From Candidatus Poribacteria bacterium (GTDB lineage Bacteria; Poribacteria; WGA-4E; WGA-3G): 64,000 bases of DNA. Position 1 is the stretch's first letter. Every line of letters starts with the position of its first letter. The position numbers and the translations under genes are program-made. The stretch spans positions 4,160,001 through 4,224,000 of the forward strand of contig OZ242029.1 of NCBI GenBank assembly GCA_965205015.1, given 5' to 3'. Under the pieces are notes generated by a model that was given only the letters and a program-made list of their open reading frames with translations, had not been told where the DNA came from and made no database searches. This document shows positions 1 through 9,415 of this stretch, one piece after another.

Positions 1-52
1 AGGTGAAGACTTGATCGACCGATAGCGGAAAAGCAATATTCGCGTAACGCAT
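1..52 (-). CDS. priA: primosomal protein N' (PriA), 5' end only, runs off the window
   Basis: Reverse complement from ATG at 52 reads MRYANIAFPLSVDQVFT, resembling the PriA N-terminus (YAxVAxPxPLxxxFTY). Only 17 codons are visible. Confidence 0.6.
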   Translation of the reverse strand, partial: MRYANIAFPLSVDQVFT

Positions 53-92
53 AGTTTTTTATAGCCATCAGTTGACTACGGACACTCTTTTC

Positions 93-812
93 TTATCCGT
101 CTGCTAAAAAAGCAAGCACCTTTTTGACATCTTCCCATACCTCAGCTTTACCCTTCGGGTTTCTGAGGAGATATGCCGGGTGATACGTCGGCATGATGAC
201 TGGCGGTTGCCTATGTGGAAGGACGCGGAGTCCTGACACATTACACGGATGGAATTCCCCGCGAAGTCTTGTAATACCGGTTTTGGTATCCAGCAACATC
301 TGTGCCGCAAAACTTCCGAGTGCCATAATCACCTTCGGTTGAACGAGCTCTATCTGACGCACTAAATAGGGACTACAGGTTTCGACCTCATCGGGGGCAG
401 GATTCCTGTTACCGGGGGGACGACACTTAAGCACATTCGCGATATAGACATCCTCGCGCTTAAGTTGCATCCCGTCCTCAATAATGCGCGTCAACAACTG
501 ACCGGCTCTACCGACAAAGGGTTCTCCCTGTTGATCTTCATCAGCACCGGGGGCTTCACCGATGAACATAAGGTCGGCTTCCGGGTTGCCAACACCAAAA
601 ACGACACTGTGCCGTGTCTCGTGCAATGAACATTTGGTGCAATCTGCGGCATCGGTAGCCAGCGTAGGGAGGTCGAAGTTCGCATAGGGCGATTCTTGTT
701 CTGGCTCGTTGAGTTCTGATTCCATGAAACCGAGTTGGAGTTGTTCTTCCACGTATTCCCTCACATTTGCTACGAGTTCTACATACTCTTTTTTGAGACG
801 ATCTCTGTCCAT
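93..812 (-). CDS. uracil-DNA glycosylase, family 4 (Fe-S)
   Basis: [33 protein letters not shown] and TYHPAYLLR motifs. Confidence 0.95.
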   Translation of the reverse strand: MDRDRLKKEYVELVANVREYVEEQLQLGFMESELNEPEQESPYANFDLPTLATDAADCTKCSLHETRHSVVFGVGNPEADLMFIGEAPGADEDQQGEPFVGRAGQLLTRIIEDGMQLKREDVYIANVLKCRPPGNRNPAPDEVETCSPYLVRQIELVQPKVIMALGSFAAQMLLDTKTGITRLRGEFHPCNVSGLRVLPHRQPPVIMPTYHPAYLLRNPKGKAEVWEDVKKVLAFLADG

Positions 813-1003
813 TTTTTAGTTATTATGGTAGCGTTGCGGGCAGCCACAAGGGCAGCCCCTACAAGATGTCTACTTATTTTTAGGGTCCACCATAGTTCTC
901 GGTTTGCCTCGCAGTGAGAGTTGTCAGTCACAAGCGGTTGCTTCTAAACCAAAATCTCTACAATCGCGAGCACAGCTCGCTCCTACAACTGATGATTCTT
1001 CTA

Positions 1004-2692
1004 CTAATTGCGCAGATCGTGAATCAGGGATATACTATCGAACCAAGTGATGTACAGGAAGAGCGCAATCAGGAGAACGATACAAACCTGTTGAACAAGT
1101 TCTTGTGCTTTCCGAGGCATAGGTCTGCCGCGGATCTTCTCGACAGCAAAAAACAGTAATTGACCGCCGTCCGCGATTGGGATCGGCAACAGATTGACGA
1201 TGCAAAGATTGATACTAATAAATCCAATAAAAAAGAGAAAACTACCCAATCCGACCCGGTCAAACATACGACTCGTGATGTTCGCGATACCGACTGGACC
1301 GGTAAGCTGCTTCGGTGAGACATCTCCACCTACCAAGCGTTCCAATATCTTGCCGACGGCTGTAAATGTCAACCATGTCGCTTCAACCCCTTTTTCGAAA
1401 CTTGTAAAAAAGTTATAGTCCGGCAAGGGTGCCGTTTTTGCATCGAATTCCATTCCACTCAAAGAGGTTTGCCACGCCAATCCGAAAGGTGCGCTCTCGG
1501 TATCTGTTTCTGAACTTTGTGTTTCCGCTGCGAGGATTACTTTTTTTAGGCTTCCATTGTGCACCACGTCGATTTCAATCGATCCGCCTGCCATTTTCTT
1601 GAGTTCCGAATAGAGCGTTGCATTGTCTATTGGCGTTCCGTTAAGAGCAACAAGCACATCTCCATCGTGGATGCCAGCATTTTGGGCAATGCTGTCCTCT
1701 TGGACACTTGCTTTGACGTGCCAACGTACCGGTAGTTCAAGTGTGCGTGTCTCATCACCACGGCGAATACCGAGGGTCAAGGCTTCCTGATTTCCGTTAA
1801 TACGTTGATACAGTCCCTGATACTTCTCATTTCGCCAGTCTTCGGAAGCGTGCCAGACACCGTATCCAAAATACGGGACGTTGTGGAGTTTCTCGCCGTT
1901 GATACTCTCAATTTGGTCGCCGACTTGGATTCCAGCTTGTGCAGCGGGACTCCCTGCTTCGACGTGACTGACGATTGTTTCGGTTCTACTACTCACTTGA
2001 ATCACACCTATATCGCCCCTCACACTCGGCTCAGCATTGGGCTTAACAGAGAGGATCTTGCGTTCATCGTTCCGTTCTACCAGGAGTTCAAGCGGTTTAT
2101 TTGCACTGGTGACAACCCATGTTTGGAACATCATCCAATGGCTAACCGGGTCTCCATTGACAGAAATGACTGTATCCCCAGGCATCAGCCCACCCCTTGC
2201 GCCGGGTCCATCATCATTGATCCAACCGATCTGAATTGTCTCTTTTTCACTGAGCGGTAAGTCTGTTAATCCACCGATTAACCGAGCAGAATCTGTATTA
2301 ATCCCGGTAGCAAAAACAAGCCAATATATCAACACGCCAAATAAGAGATTAACCGCGGGTCCCGCGGCGACGACCAAGGCGCGACTGCCGAGGGGGGCAC
2401 TCGCGAATTCACCGGGAGCCCCGGTTTGCTCGGTTGGACTTTCCCCCTCCATTTGAACATAACCGCCAAACGGCAATAGTGAGATTCTATAATCTGTTTC
2501 GTCTCGCTGAAATCCGATGAGTTTCGGGCCGAAACCGAGGGAGAAGGTGTTCACCTTAATACCACACCGTTTCGCGGCATAAAAATGACCGAGTTCATGA
2601 ATGAAAATGAGAAACCCGAGAGGAATAATCGCCAGAAATGCGGTTTTTATGTACGGAAGTATGGAGCTAATCAGACCGACAAAAAATTCCAT
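1004..2692 (-). CDS. rseP: RIP metalloprotease RseP with three PDZ-like domains
   Basis: HELGH, PFGGYVQM, AGPAVN and NLLPIPIADGG motifs; lies downstream of dxr. Confidence 0.95.
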   Translation of the reverse strand: MEFFVGLISSILPYIKTAFLAIIPLGFLIFIHELGHFYAAKRCGIKVNTFSLGFGPKLIGFQRDETDYRISLLPFGGYVQMEGESPTEQTGAPGEFASAPLGSRALVVAAGPAVNLLFGVLIYWLVFATGINTDSARLIGGLTDLPLSEKETIQIGWINDDGPGARGGLMPGDTVISVNGDPVSHWMMFQTWVVTSANKPLELLVERNDERKILSVKPNAEPSVRGDIGVIQVSSRTETIVSHVEAGSPAAQAGIQVGDQIESINGEKLHNVPYFGYGVWHASEDWRNEKYQGLYQRINGNQEALTLGIRRGDETRTLELPVRWHVKASVQEDSIAQNAGIHDGDVLVALNGTPIDNATLYSELKKMAGGSIEIDVVHNGSLKKVILAAETQSSETDTESAPFGLAWQTSLSGMEFDAKTAPLPDYNFFTSFEKGVEATWLTFTAVGKILERLVGGDVSPKQLTGPVGIANITSRMFDRVGLGSFLFFIGFISINLCIVNLLPIPIADGGQLLFFAVEKIRGRPMPRKAQELVQQVCIVLLIALFLYITWFDSISLIHDLRN

Positions 2693-2752
2693 GATGTTTG
2701 TTCCCTCTTTTTTTTAGGGAGACAGGTACAAGACCCGTTCCTACGAAGTTTA

Positions 2753-3925
2753 TTAAATCGTGTGATATTTTTTTATTATTGAACGTGTTGTTGATTTTGC
2801 CCACCGGTCAACCTCAAGGATATCCGAAAGTGTTGGATCCGCGATTACCTGATGCGTATCCATCACACGCGCAAGGATCGCAGGAATATCCATAAATCCG
2901 ATGCGTGTATCAAGAAAAGCCTCCACGACCACTTCATCTGCGCTACTGAGCACGACAGGGAGTGTGCCGCCGACATCTGCAGCCGTGTAAGCAAGCGAGA
3001 GGCATGGAAATTTCTCAAAGTCCGCCGGTTCAAAGTGTAGTGTGCGTGCTTCCATTAAATCCAAGCGTGGCACTGGTGCCGAAAGTCTACGCGGATAGGT
3101 TAAAGCGTATTGGATCATAATACGCATATCTGTGGGACCGAGTTGGGCGAGTGTGGAGCCATCTGCCCATTCCACCATGGAATGGACAATACTCTCTGGA
3201 TGGACGACGACCTCGATTTTTGAAAGTTCGATATCGAACAACCATTTCGCCTCAATGACCTCCAGTCCCTTGTTCATCATCGTCGCGGAGTCGATTGTAA
3301 TTTTCTGTCCCATCTTCCAATTCGGGTGTTGAAGGGCTTGCTGCGGCGTGACGGCATACAGTACTTCTTTGGGCACCTCTCGAAAGGGTCCACCTGACGC
3401 GGTAATCAGGAGTCGATGGATATCTGCCTGTTGATCGCGCGCGCCCTCCAAGCATTGGAAAATGGCACTCATTTCACCATCTATGGGTATTAAGTTAACA
3501 CCGTTTTTTTCGACCGCTGCGTTAACAAGAGGGCCTGCCATCACCATAACCTCTTTATTAACAAAAGCGATGTCCTTGCCGGCGTTAATTGCTGCCAAGG
3601 TCGGCAGCAAACCCGCAGTTCCGCCCATTCCATCCAAGACTTGGGACGCTTGCGGCATTGTCGCTACGGCTTGAAGCCCCTCGGTACCTGCGAGTACTTG
3701 TGTGCAGTTGATATCTCGGATCCGGTCTCGGAGTTCTGACGCCGCTGTGGGTTCATTTAAAGCCACCAATGTAGGACGATACTGTCGAATCTGTTGTTCA
3801 AGGGTATCGACGTCTCGGTTTGCCGCGAGGCCGACGACCTTAAATTCGTCAGCATGCGTTTCAACAACACTGAGAGTGTTCTTTCCAATAGAGCCCGTGC
3901 TACCGAGTATGGCGATATGCTTCAT
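2753..3925 (-). CDS. dxr: 1-deoxy-D-xylulose-5-phosphate reductoisomerase
   Basis: ILGSTGSIG, NKE, TASGGPFR, HPNWKMGQKITIDSATMMNKGLE. Start reset to ATG 3925 because the upstream extension is repeat DNA. Confidence 0.97.
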   Translation of the reverse strand: MKHIAILGSTGSIGKNTLSVVETHADEFKVVGLAANRDVDTLEQQIRQYRPTLVALNEPTAASELRDRIRDINCTQVLAGTEGLQAVATMPQASQVLDGMGGTAGLLPTLAAINAGKDIAFVNKEVMVMAGPLVNAAVEKNGVNLIPIDGEMSAIFQCLEGARDQQADIHRLLITASGGPFREVPKEVLYAVTPQQALQHPNWKMGQKITIDSATMMNKGLEVIEAKWLFDIELSKIEVVVHPESIVHSMVEWADGSTLAQLGPTDMRIMIQYALTYPRRLSAPVPRLDLMEARTLHFEPADFEKFPCLSLAYTAADVGGTLPVVLSSADEVVVEAFLDTRIGFMDIPAILARVMDTHQVIADPTLSDILEVDRWAKSTTRSIIKKYHTI

Positions 3926-4057
3926 TTTTTGTGGTTGTCGGTTATCGGTTCGCCTGCTGCGCAGGCTTTCAGCCGTCGGTTCCAAGAGCGTTTTGCTAAA
4001 CGATACCCCCTTAACCGACTCCCGAAAGGGTTGCGTAGCAACCCGCACCGAGAACCC

Positions 4058-4888
4058 TCAAAAGTGTCCCGTTAGTGCCAAGTAGTAATAGAGCACAGGT
4101 GTGCTAAAAATTAGGCTGTCGCACCTATCAATGAATCCGCCGTGTCCAGGGATAACGTGTCCGGAATCCTTAACACCGGCGGTTCGCTTCATCAGAGAGG
4201 CACTGAGATCCCCAAGTTGACCTAAGACGCTCAGGAGCAATCCAATAAAGACGGCGTGCCCCCAAGAGAGTGTTCCTTTCAGAAGGATTGCACTCAGCAG
4301 GAAACTCGTCAAAGTGCCGACAACCAATCCACCAATCGTTCCTTCAATTGTTTTTCGTGGACTGACCGGCGTGCCGAGTTTGTGTTTACCGAACGCTCTG
4401 CCAACGAGATACGCCCCGGTATCGCTACACCAAATGATGCCCGCCAATAGAAAAATCAGTTGCCTACCGATCGGTTCCACATTTCGGAGTAAGATGAGAT
4501 GATAGCCTAATGCCCAACCGATAGTTAAAATACCGGTGAGTTTGAGTGTGACAGCGAGCAATTCGCCAGCGACCTTCGCCCGAAAAATACTTTCTGCGAA
4601 AATATAAATGAATACGAAGGTAAAGTAGCTGAATATTACCGTTGAGGCAGACGTTGTCCGTGTGAGTACAGGCAAAAAATACGCGAACAAACAGAACACA
4701 CCTGACAAGAGTGCCGGCATCACTGGATTCAATTTTTCCGTGAAGTGCTGTGCTAAACGACAGTACTCAACTTGCATCATCACCACGGCGACAGATACAA
4801 GTATCAGATAGAGCCAATCCCCCCTATAAACAATGAGGAGGACTAACGGCGCCAGCACAACCACACTCAAGGCTCGCCGCCAAAACAT
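4058..4888 (-). CDS. cdsA: phosphatidate cytidylyltransferase
   Basis: Hydrophobic; SPRKTIEG and KDSGHVIPGHGGFIDRCDS motifs. Confidence 0.96.
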   Translation of the reverse strand: MFWRRALSVVVLAPLVLLIVYRGDWLYLILVSVAVVMMQVEYCRLAQHFTEKLNPVMPALLSGVFCLFAYFLPVLTRTTSASTVIFSYFTFVFIYIFAESIFRAKVAGELLAVTLKLTGILTIGWALGYHLILLRNVEPIGRQLIFLLAGIIWCSDTGAYLVGRAFGKHKLGTPVSPRKTIEGTIGGLVVGTLTSFLLSAILLKGTLSWGHAVFIGLLLSVLGQLGDLSASLMKRTAGVKDSGHVIPGHGGFIDRCDSLIFSTPVLYYYLALTGHF

Positions 4889-4896
4889 ATTTTTTC

Positions 4897-4995
4897 GTAG
4901 TTAACAGTCTTCGGTTAACAGTTAACAGTTAAAAGAGGGTAAAGTTCAACGAAACCCTTTTAACTGACAACTGATAACTGACAACTGACAACTAT
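4897..4995. repeat. 7-bp-periodic inverted-arm hairpin element (family A)
   Basis: (GTTAACA)n left arm, CAGTTAAAAGAGGG...CCCTTTTAACTG core, (AACTGAC/AACTGAT)n right arm. Relatives at about 913-1000, 3930-4050, 5786-5885, 6520-6643, 8900-8935 and 37829-37928. Confidence 0.85.
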
Positions 4996-4998
4996 TCC

Positions 4999-5586
4999 TC
5001 AAGTTTCTAATAATTCAGATTCTTTCGCCTCCGTCAGCTCGCTAATCTGGTCGATGTACTTATCCGTGAGCTGCTGAACGGGATCCGCGCTTGCTTTCCC
5101 ACGCTTCTTATCGCCGCCACGTCCTCTGCTTTTACCGCCGCCGCTACCCGTATCACCATCGGCTTTTTTAACGGCTTCGTTGGCATCGCGTCGGATATTC
5201 CGAATTGCCACTTTCCCTTCTTCAGCGAGTTTACGCACGACCTTCGTTAGTTCGGTCCTGCGCTCCAATGTGAGTTCGGGGACTTGGATTCGGATAACGT
5301 TCCCGTCATTGTTCGTCGAGAGTCCCAAATCCGAGTGGGCGATTGCTTTTTCAATTTCTGTAATTAGGGTTTTGTCCCAAGGTTGAATGACAAGCAGCCG
5401 CGGTTCAGGGGTGGTAATCGTGCCGACTTGACTCAACGGACTTTTGCTACCGTAATAAGTAACACTGACCTGATCCAAGAGTGCCGGTGTCGCACGCCCT
5501 GTTTGTACATGCGACAATTTCGCCGCTGTCGCTTCGACTGTCTTCTTCATCCGGGACTCAGTCTGTTGAAGAATCTGCTGTTGCAT
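4999..5586 (-). CDS. frr: ribosome recycling factor with an atypical Gly/Lys/Arg-rich loop
   Basis: TGRATPALLD, QPWDK, NDGNVIRI, KVAIRNIRRDAN and VQQLTDKYI. ATG at 5586. Confidence 0.95.
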   Translation of the reverse strand: MQQQILQQTESRMKKTVEATAAKLSHVQTGRATPALLDQVSVTYYGSKSPLSQVGTITTPEPRLLVIQPWDKTLITEIEKAIAHSDLGLSTNNDGNVIRIQVPELTLERRTELTKVVRKLAEEGKVAIRNIRRDANEAVKKADGDTGSGGGKSRGRGGDKKRGKASADPVQQLTDKYIDQISELTEAKESELLET

Positions 5587-5909
5587 CTGATATTTCCCTA
5601 TAAGACATCGCGAACGCCTATACAGCAATAAGAGGAACCGCCGAGGGTCCCATGACAGTTGGCTGCAAAGGGTCGCGATGGAAGAAGTGCTTTTCTCTTT
5701 TCAGTTCGTATGATTCAGTCCACCCGTAGCCTCGAACGTGAAACTACGCGTGTCATCTATACACAAACCATCACACCATAGAAAGGTTGTCAGCATATTG
5801 GCTTTCAGAAACCTTCAGTTAAGAGGTTTTCGATTAACAGAACCCGCTTGTAACTGACGGCTGCCCGCCATTCTGCTGATCGCTATTCACTATAAATGGT
5901 TCTGTATCT

Positions 5910-6503
5910 TTATTGTCCAAGTACGTAGAGCACAAAACGTTTGACGACAATATTCTCACCCAATTGGGCGATTGCGTCCTTTACGAGACTCTCAATAGTC
6001 TTGTCTGAATCTCGGATATAAGGCTGCTGTAAGAGACAGGTCTCCGTATAGTATTTAGAGATTCGCCCTTCAACAATCCTTTCAGCGATGTGCGCGGGTT
6101 TACCCTCTTGCTCGGCTTGTGCTTTCAGAATGGCTTTCTCGGATTCCAGATCTTCGGCAGGTACATCTTCCGCTTTAATATATTTCGGTTTTGCGGCTGC
6201 GACCTGCATCGCGATCTCTTTTGCCAATTTTTGGAATTGCTCTGTTCGCGCAACGAAATCGGTTTCGCAATTGAGTTCGACCAAGGTGCCGACACGGCTA
6301 CCGGGATGGATATAAGAAACAATCAATCCTTCTTCTGTCGCTCGACCGCCTTTGATTTCGGAAGCTTTCAATCCCTGCTCCCGTAATTTCTGAATTGCTT
6401 CGTCAATATTTCCGTTCGTTTCAGTTAGCGCCTTTTTGCAGTCCATAATCCCTGCCCCCGTGCGCGAACGGAGGTCGCTAACAAGCTTTGCTGTAATTGC
6501 CAT
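5910..6503 (-). CDS. tsf: elongation factor Ts, short (197 aa) form
   Basis: LRSRTGAGIMDCKKAL, ELNCETDFVA; follows rpsB. Confidence 0.97.
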   Translation of the reverse strand: MAITAKLVSDLRSRTGAGIMDCKKALTETNGNIDEAIQKLREQGLKASEIKGGRATEEGLIVSYIHPGSRVGTLVELNCETDFVARTEQFQKLAKEIAMQVAAAKPKYIKAEDVPAEDLESEKAILKAQAEQEGKPAHIAERIVEGRISKYYTETCLLQQPYIRDSDKTIESLVKDAIAQLGENIVVKRFVLYVLGQ

Positions 6504-6645
6504 TTATCCTCCTTTTATTTAGCCATCAGCCGTCAGCCTTCGGAAACCGTCAGTTTTTGGAAACTTTCGAACCCAACAGGAAACGGATGACACATCAAAA
6601 ACCGCTTTACTGACGGAAACCGATAACCGATGGCTGATTGCCAAT

Positions 6646-7551
6646 TTATTGAGATTGTCGCCGAGGCGGTCTTCTTCTCTGTCGTTGACGTGGCGCCCGT
6701 GCCTGACGCTGTTCTCCATCGCCAATCGCCTCTGGCTCTGCGGACAGTTGTGCTTCTTCCAGAATTGCGGCACTTTCTTCCTCATGCCTTTCCACTTCAA
6801 GCATAGCGTCTACTTGTGCTACAGTCGCTGCGGGCTGCTCTGCTTCCGTTGCGACCTCTTCGCCTTCTAACGCATCTCCCCTGCCATTAATGACTGCATC
6901 GGATAAGACAGTGCAGATGAGACGAATCGAACGGATCGCGTCATCGTTCCCTGGAACCGGCAAATCAATCGGATCAGGGTCGCAGTTGGTATCAACGATA
7001 GCGATGATTGGAATGCCGAGTTTGTTTGCCTCTGCGATCGCTGTATGCTCTTTCCGTGTATCGGTAACAACGACGGCTTCGGGGAGCCTTTTCATCTCTC
7101 TGACCCCACTCAGGTTGCTGTCGAGTTTGCCTTTCTCACGTCGCAGACGCATGACTTCTTTTTTCGGCATCTGATCAAAAAGTCCATTGGTTTCATCTGC
7201 ATCCAGTTTATCCAACCGGTTGACGCTCCGACGGATGGTTTGGAAATTCGTCAGCATACCGCCAAGCCACCGATGATTTACATGATACATACCACATCGG
7301 ACAGCCTCGCCTCGCACGGCTTCTTGGGATTGTCGTTTCGTTCCGACAAATAGCACACCCCCGCCCTTTGCGGCGATCTCTTCAACGAACTGCGCGGCGG
7401 TTTCGAGCATACGTAGCGTCTTTTGCAAATCAATAATATAAATCCCGTTTCGTTCGGCGAAGATGTACTCTGCCATCTTCGGATTCCAACGACGGGTTTG
7501 ATGTCCGAAGTGAACTCCACATTCAAGGAGCTCTTTCATTGTAACTGCCAA
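6646..7551 (-). CDS. rpsB: 30S ribosomal protein S2, TTG start, long acidic then Arg-rich C-terminal tail
   Basis: [48 protein letters not shown] lies just upstream of the TTG. Confidence 0.97.
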   Translation of the reverse strand: MAVTMKELLECGVHFGHQTRRWNPKMAEYIFAERNGIYIIDLQKTLRMLETAAQFVEEIAAKGGGVLFVGTKRQSQEAVRGEAVRCGMYHVNHRWLGGMLTNFQTIRRSVNRLDKLDADETNGLFDQMPKKEVMRLRREKGKLDSNLSGVREMKRLPEAVVVTDTRKEHTAIAEANKLGIPIIAIVDTNCDPDPIDLPVPGNDDAIRSIRLICTVLSDAVINGRGDALEGEEVATEAEQPAATVAQVDAMLEVERHEEESAAILEEAQLSAEPEAIGDGEQRQARAPRQRQRRRPPRRQSQ

Positions 7552-7589
7552 AAAAACCTCCTAAGTTCGCGAGGGCAACCTCGCCCCCA

Positions 7590-7675
7590 CTGGGTTTTCG
7601 CGTCCACCTCTTTCATATCTGCATCAGACTCCCAACACGAGAGAACCCGCTGTGCAAATCGAGAGGTGTGTTTTA
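7590..7675 (-). ncRNA. rpsB leader (t44 / S2 autoregulatory RNA)
   Basis: Minus strand reads ACACACCUCUC...GCGGGUU...GAAAGAGGUGGACGCGAAAACCC: a CACCUCU/AGAGGUG stem plus GGGU/ACCC pseudoknot potential, the same layout as the known rpsB leader. Confidence 0.8.
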
Positions 7676-7731
7676 TCCAGTATTGATTGTGTAACTCCCG
7701 ATGAACGTCTTTCATCAGAATTGATGTAAAT

Positions 7732-7760
7732 ATTTTACCACAGAAACGATTGAATTTCAA
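7732..7760 (-). promoter_or_regulatory. sigma70-like promoter for the rpsB operon
   Basis: TTGAAA-17 bp-TAAAAT with an extended -10 TG, upstream of the leader. Confidence 0.6.
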
Positions 7761-7847
7761 GTATTTATAACACACGTCTGAACTGAGGTCAAGAAAATTG
7801 TAGATTCGGGATAGGTTCTGTGATATAAAACAGGTGGAGGGACACAG

Positions 7848-8900
7848 GTGAAACACCTAATTGAACAGATCGCAGCACACTTCAAAACAGAGGCAGATGC
7901 TCTGAAACTCCAACCGATTCAGCACGGCAGCCAGCCAAAACACAATGTCTGTCGTTTAAAATGCGGTTCCGTGAGTTACTTACTCAAACAGCACGACATC
8001 ACCACACCCGTCGTTAAAGCAGGCTATACGCCTTGTCAAATTGAAGCCACCGTCCTGTCGATATTACACCGCAACGGCTGTCGTGTACCACAAATTATTT
8101 GGGAATCGGAAGACGCTCATGCCCTACTGTTGGAATGGTGCGGTGAATGGACGCTCGATGCCATGGCACAACGCAGACCGGCGTCTATTCTCAAACCGAT
8201 TTTGCAGACTACGCTTATGGAACTCTGTCGGGTTGAAACCGTTTTTGCAAAAAACACGGAACTTCTTACGGCTTACGCCTTCCGTCATGATTTGCACATT
8301 ACCCTACAACGTTTACTGGAACAAGGCAGAAGAACCCTTGGCTATCTTTGTGGTTCCATGCGCGCATCACAAACGACGCAGCTTGACACGGCATGGGCAA
8401 CCTTTTCCAATCGACTCCAGACGGCACCACCGACTTTCGATAGTCTGGACTACCAGAGTCGCAACATCGTGATTTCCGATGAAACGCCTTTCTTAATCGA
8501 CTTTTCGAGTGTTGGTTGGGATTGGCAGGAACGGCGGTTGGTCCAGCTTTTCAATAGTATTGGGGCAAATCAAGAGGGGGCGAACTTCGTCTCGTTGCTA
8601 AATCGCGATTTGGTTGATGCTTATGCAGCGTGGGTTATCTCGCATCGTGAAACTTGTTCACCTGCAGAGATCGCGGCACGTGTTGACAGCCATCACCTCC
8701 TCTTTTATCTTTTGGTTATACATCAAATTTTGCGTGCTGTTGCGCAGCCGGAAGCCTCCGAGAGCCAAACACTCCTCGAGGCGTGGGGTGCTCCCAAGGC
8801 AAGATACCAAAGCGCGCTGATGCAGGTGATTCATACGGGGCTGAGCGACGACGTTTACACAACTCAAATTCGAGAGATGGTTGCCAATCGAGGTTCCTAA
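7848..8900 (+). CDS. aminoglycoside phosphotransferase/kinase-like protein
   Basis: YLLK, VPQIIW, LLLEW, LDYQSRNIV and FLIDF match the APH/choline-kinase fold; GGAGG RBS before GTG. Confidence 0.7.
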   Translation: MKHLIEQIAAHFKTEADALKLQPIQHGSQPKHNVCRLKCGSVSYLLKQHDITTPVVKAGYTPCQIEATVLSILHRNGCRVPQIIWESEDAHALLLEWCGEWTLDAMAQRRPASILKPILQTTLMELCRVETVFAKNTELLTAYAFRHDLHITLQRLLEQGRRTLGYLCGSMRASQTTQLDTAWATFSNRLQTAPPTFDSLDYQSRNIVISDETPFLIDFSSVGWDWQERRLVQLFNSIGANQEGANFVSLLNRDLVDAYAAWVISHRETCSPAEIAARVDSHHLLFYLLVIHQILRAVAQPEASESQTLLEAWGAPKARYQSALMQVIHTGLSDDVYTTQIREMVANRGS

Positions 8901-9007
8901 GCCGTCAGCAATCAGCAATTAGAGGTCGGCGATTGGGGCAAGGTTAGGAAACCTCGTCAGCGGGCAGTGAGGGTGGTAATCCACAGGCAGGATGAGGGGT
9001 TTAACCA

Positions 9008-9409
9008 TCACTCTTTACCTGCATCCTTAAGAATTGTTTTCCCGAGTTCCTGAAAAAACACGTGGACTTCGGGGGTTGATGGTTTTGTGTTATGAAACTC
9101 GGTCTGATACGATTTCAGTACCCTGTAAAGTGATGTAAGACTTATTTTCCGATTCTGGAGTGCCTCGCGCACGTTTGCGAAGACCGCAATCACCTGATCT
9201 TCTGAGATACCATCGGGACGATTTTTTGACTTAAGATGTTTTTCTACACCGTTCAAGGCACGTTCTGCCATCCAATAGCGGGCACCTTCAGGACCACCGA
9301 CTCGGCGGTAAATCACACCACCTGCGATTAAACTGACTGCGATAACCGCCAACACGAAAGTCAGAACTCGTCTATAGCAGCCGCTTAGTTTTCTATTCGT
9401 ATTCGCCAT
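9008..9409 (-). CDS. hypothetical membrane-anchored protein
   Basis: 133-aa ORF with an N-terminal TM segment; co-oriented and closely spaced with the amidohydrolase. Confidence 0.7.
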   Translation of the reverse strand: MANTNRKLSGCYRRVLTFVLAVIAVSLIAGGVIYRRVGGPEGARYWMAERALNGVEKHLKSKNRPDGISEDQVIAVFANVREALQNRKISLTSLYRVLKSYQTEFHNTKPSTPEVHVFFQELGKTILKDAGKE

Positions 9410-9415
9410 GTCGGT

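Noticed and set aside
3926-4048. Long N-terminal extensions in the ORF track (dxr, tlyA, tamB, Omp85, 22574 ORF)
   Set aside because: They translate intergenic repeat DNA upstream of better-supported starts.
5632-5785. 6S RNA, tRNA-Sec, cobalamin riboswitch or pyrH remnant
   Set aside because: The 3' end vaguely recalls 6S but no complementary 5' closing strand is present. There is no cloverleaf or UCA loop, no full B12 box and no PyrH-like translation.
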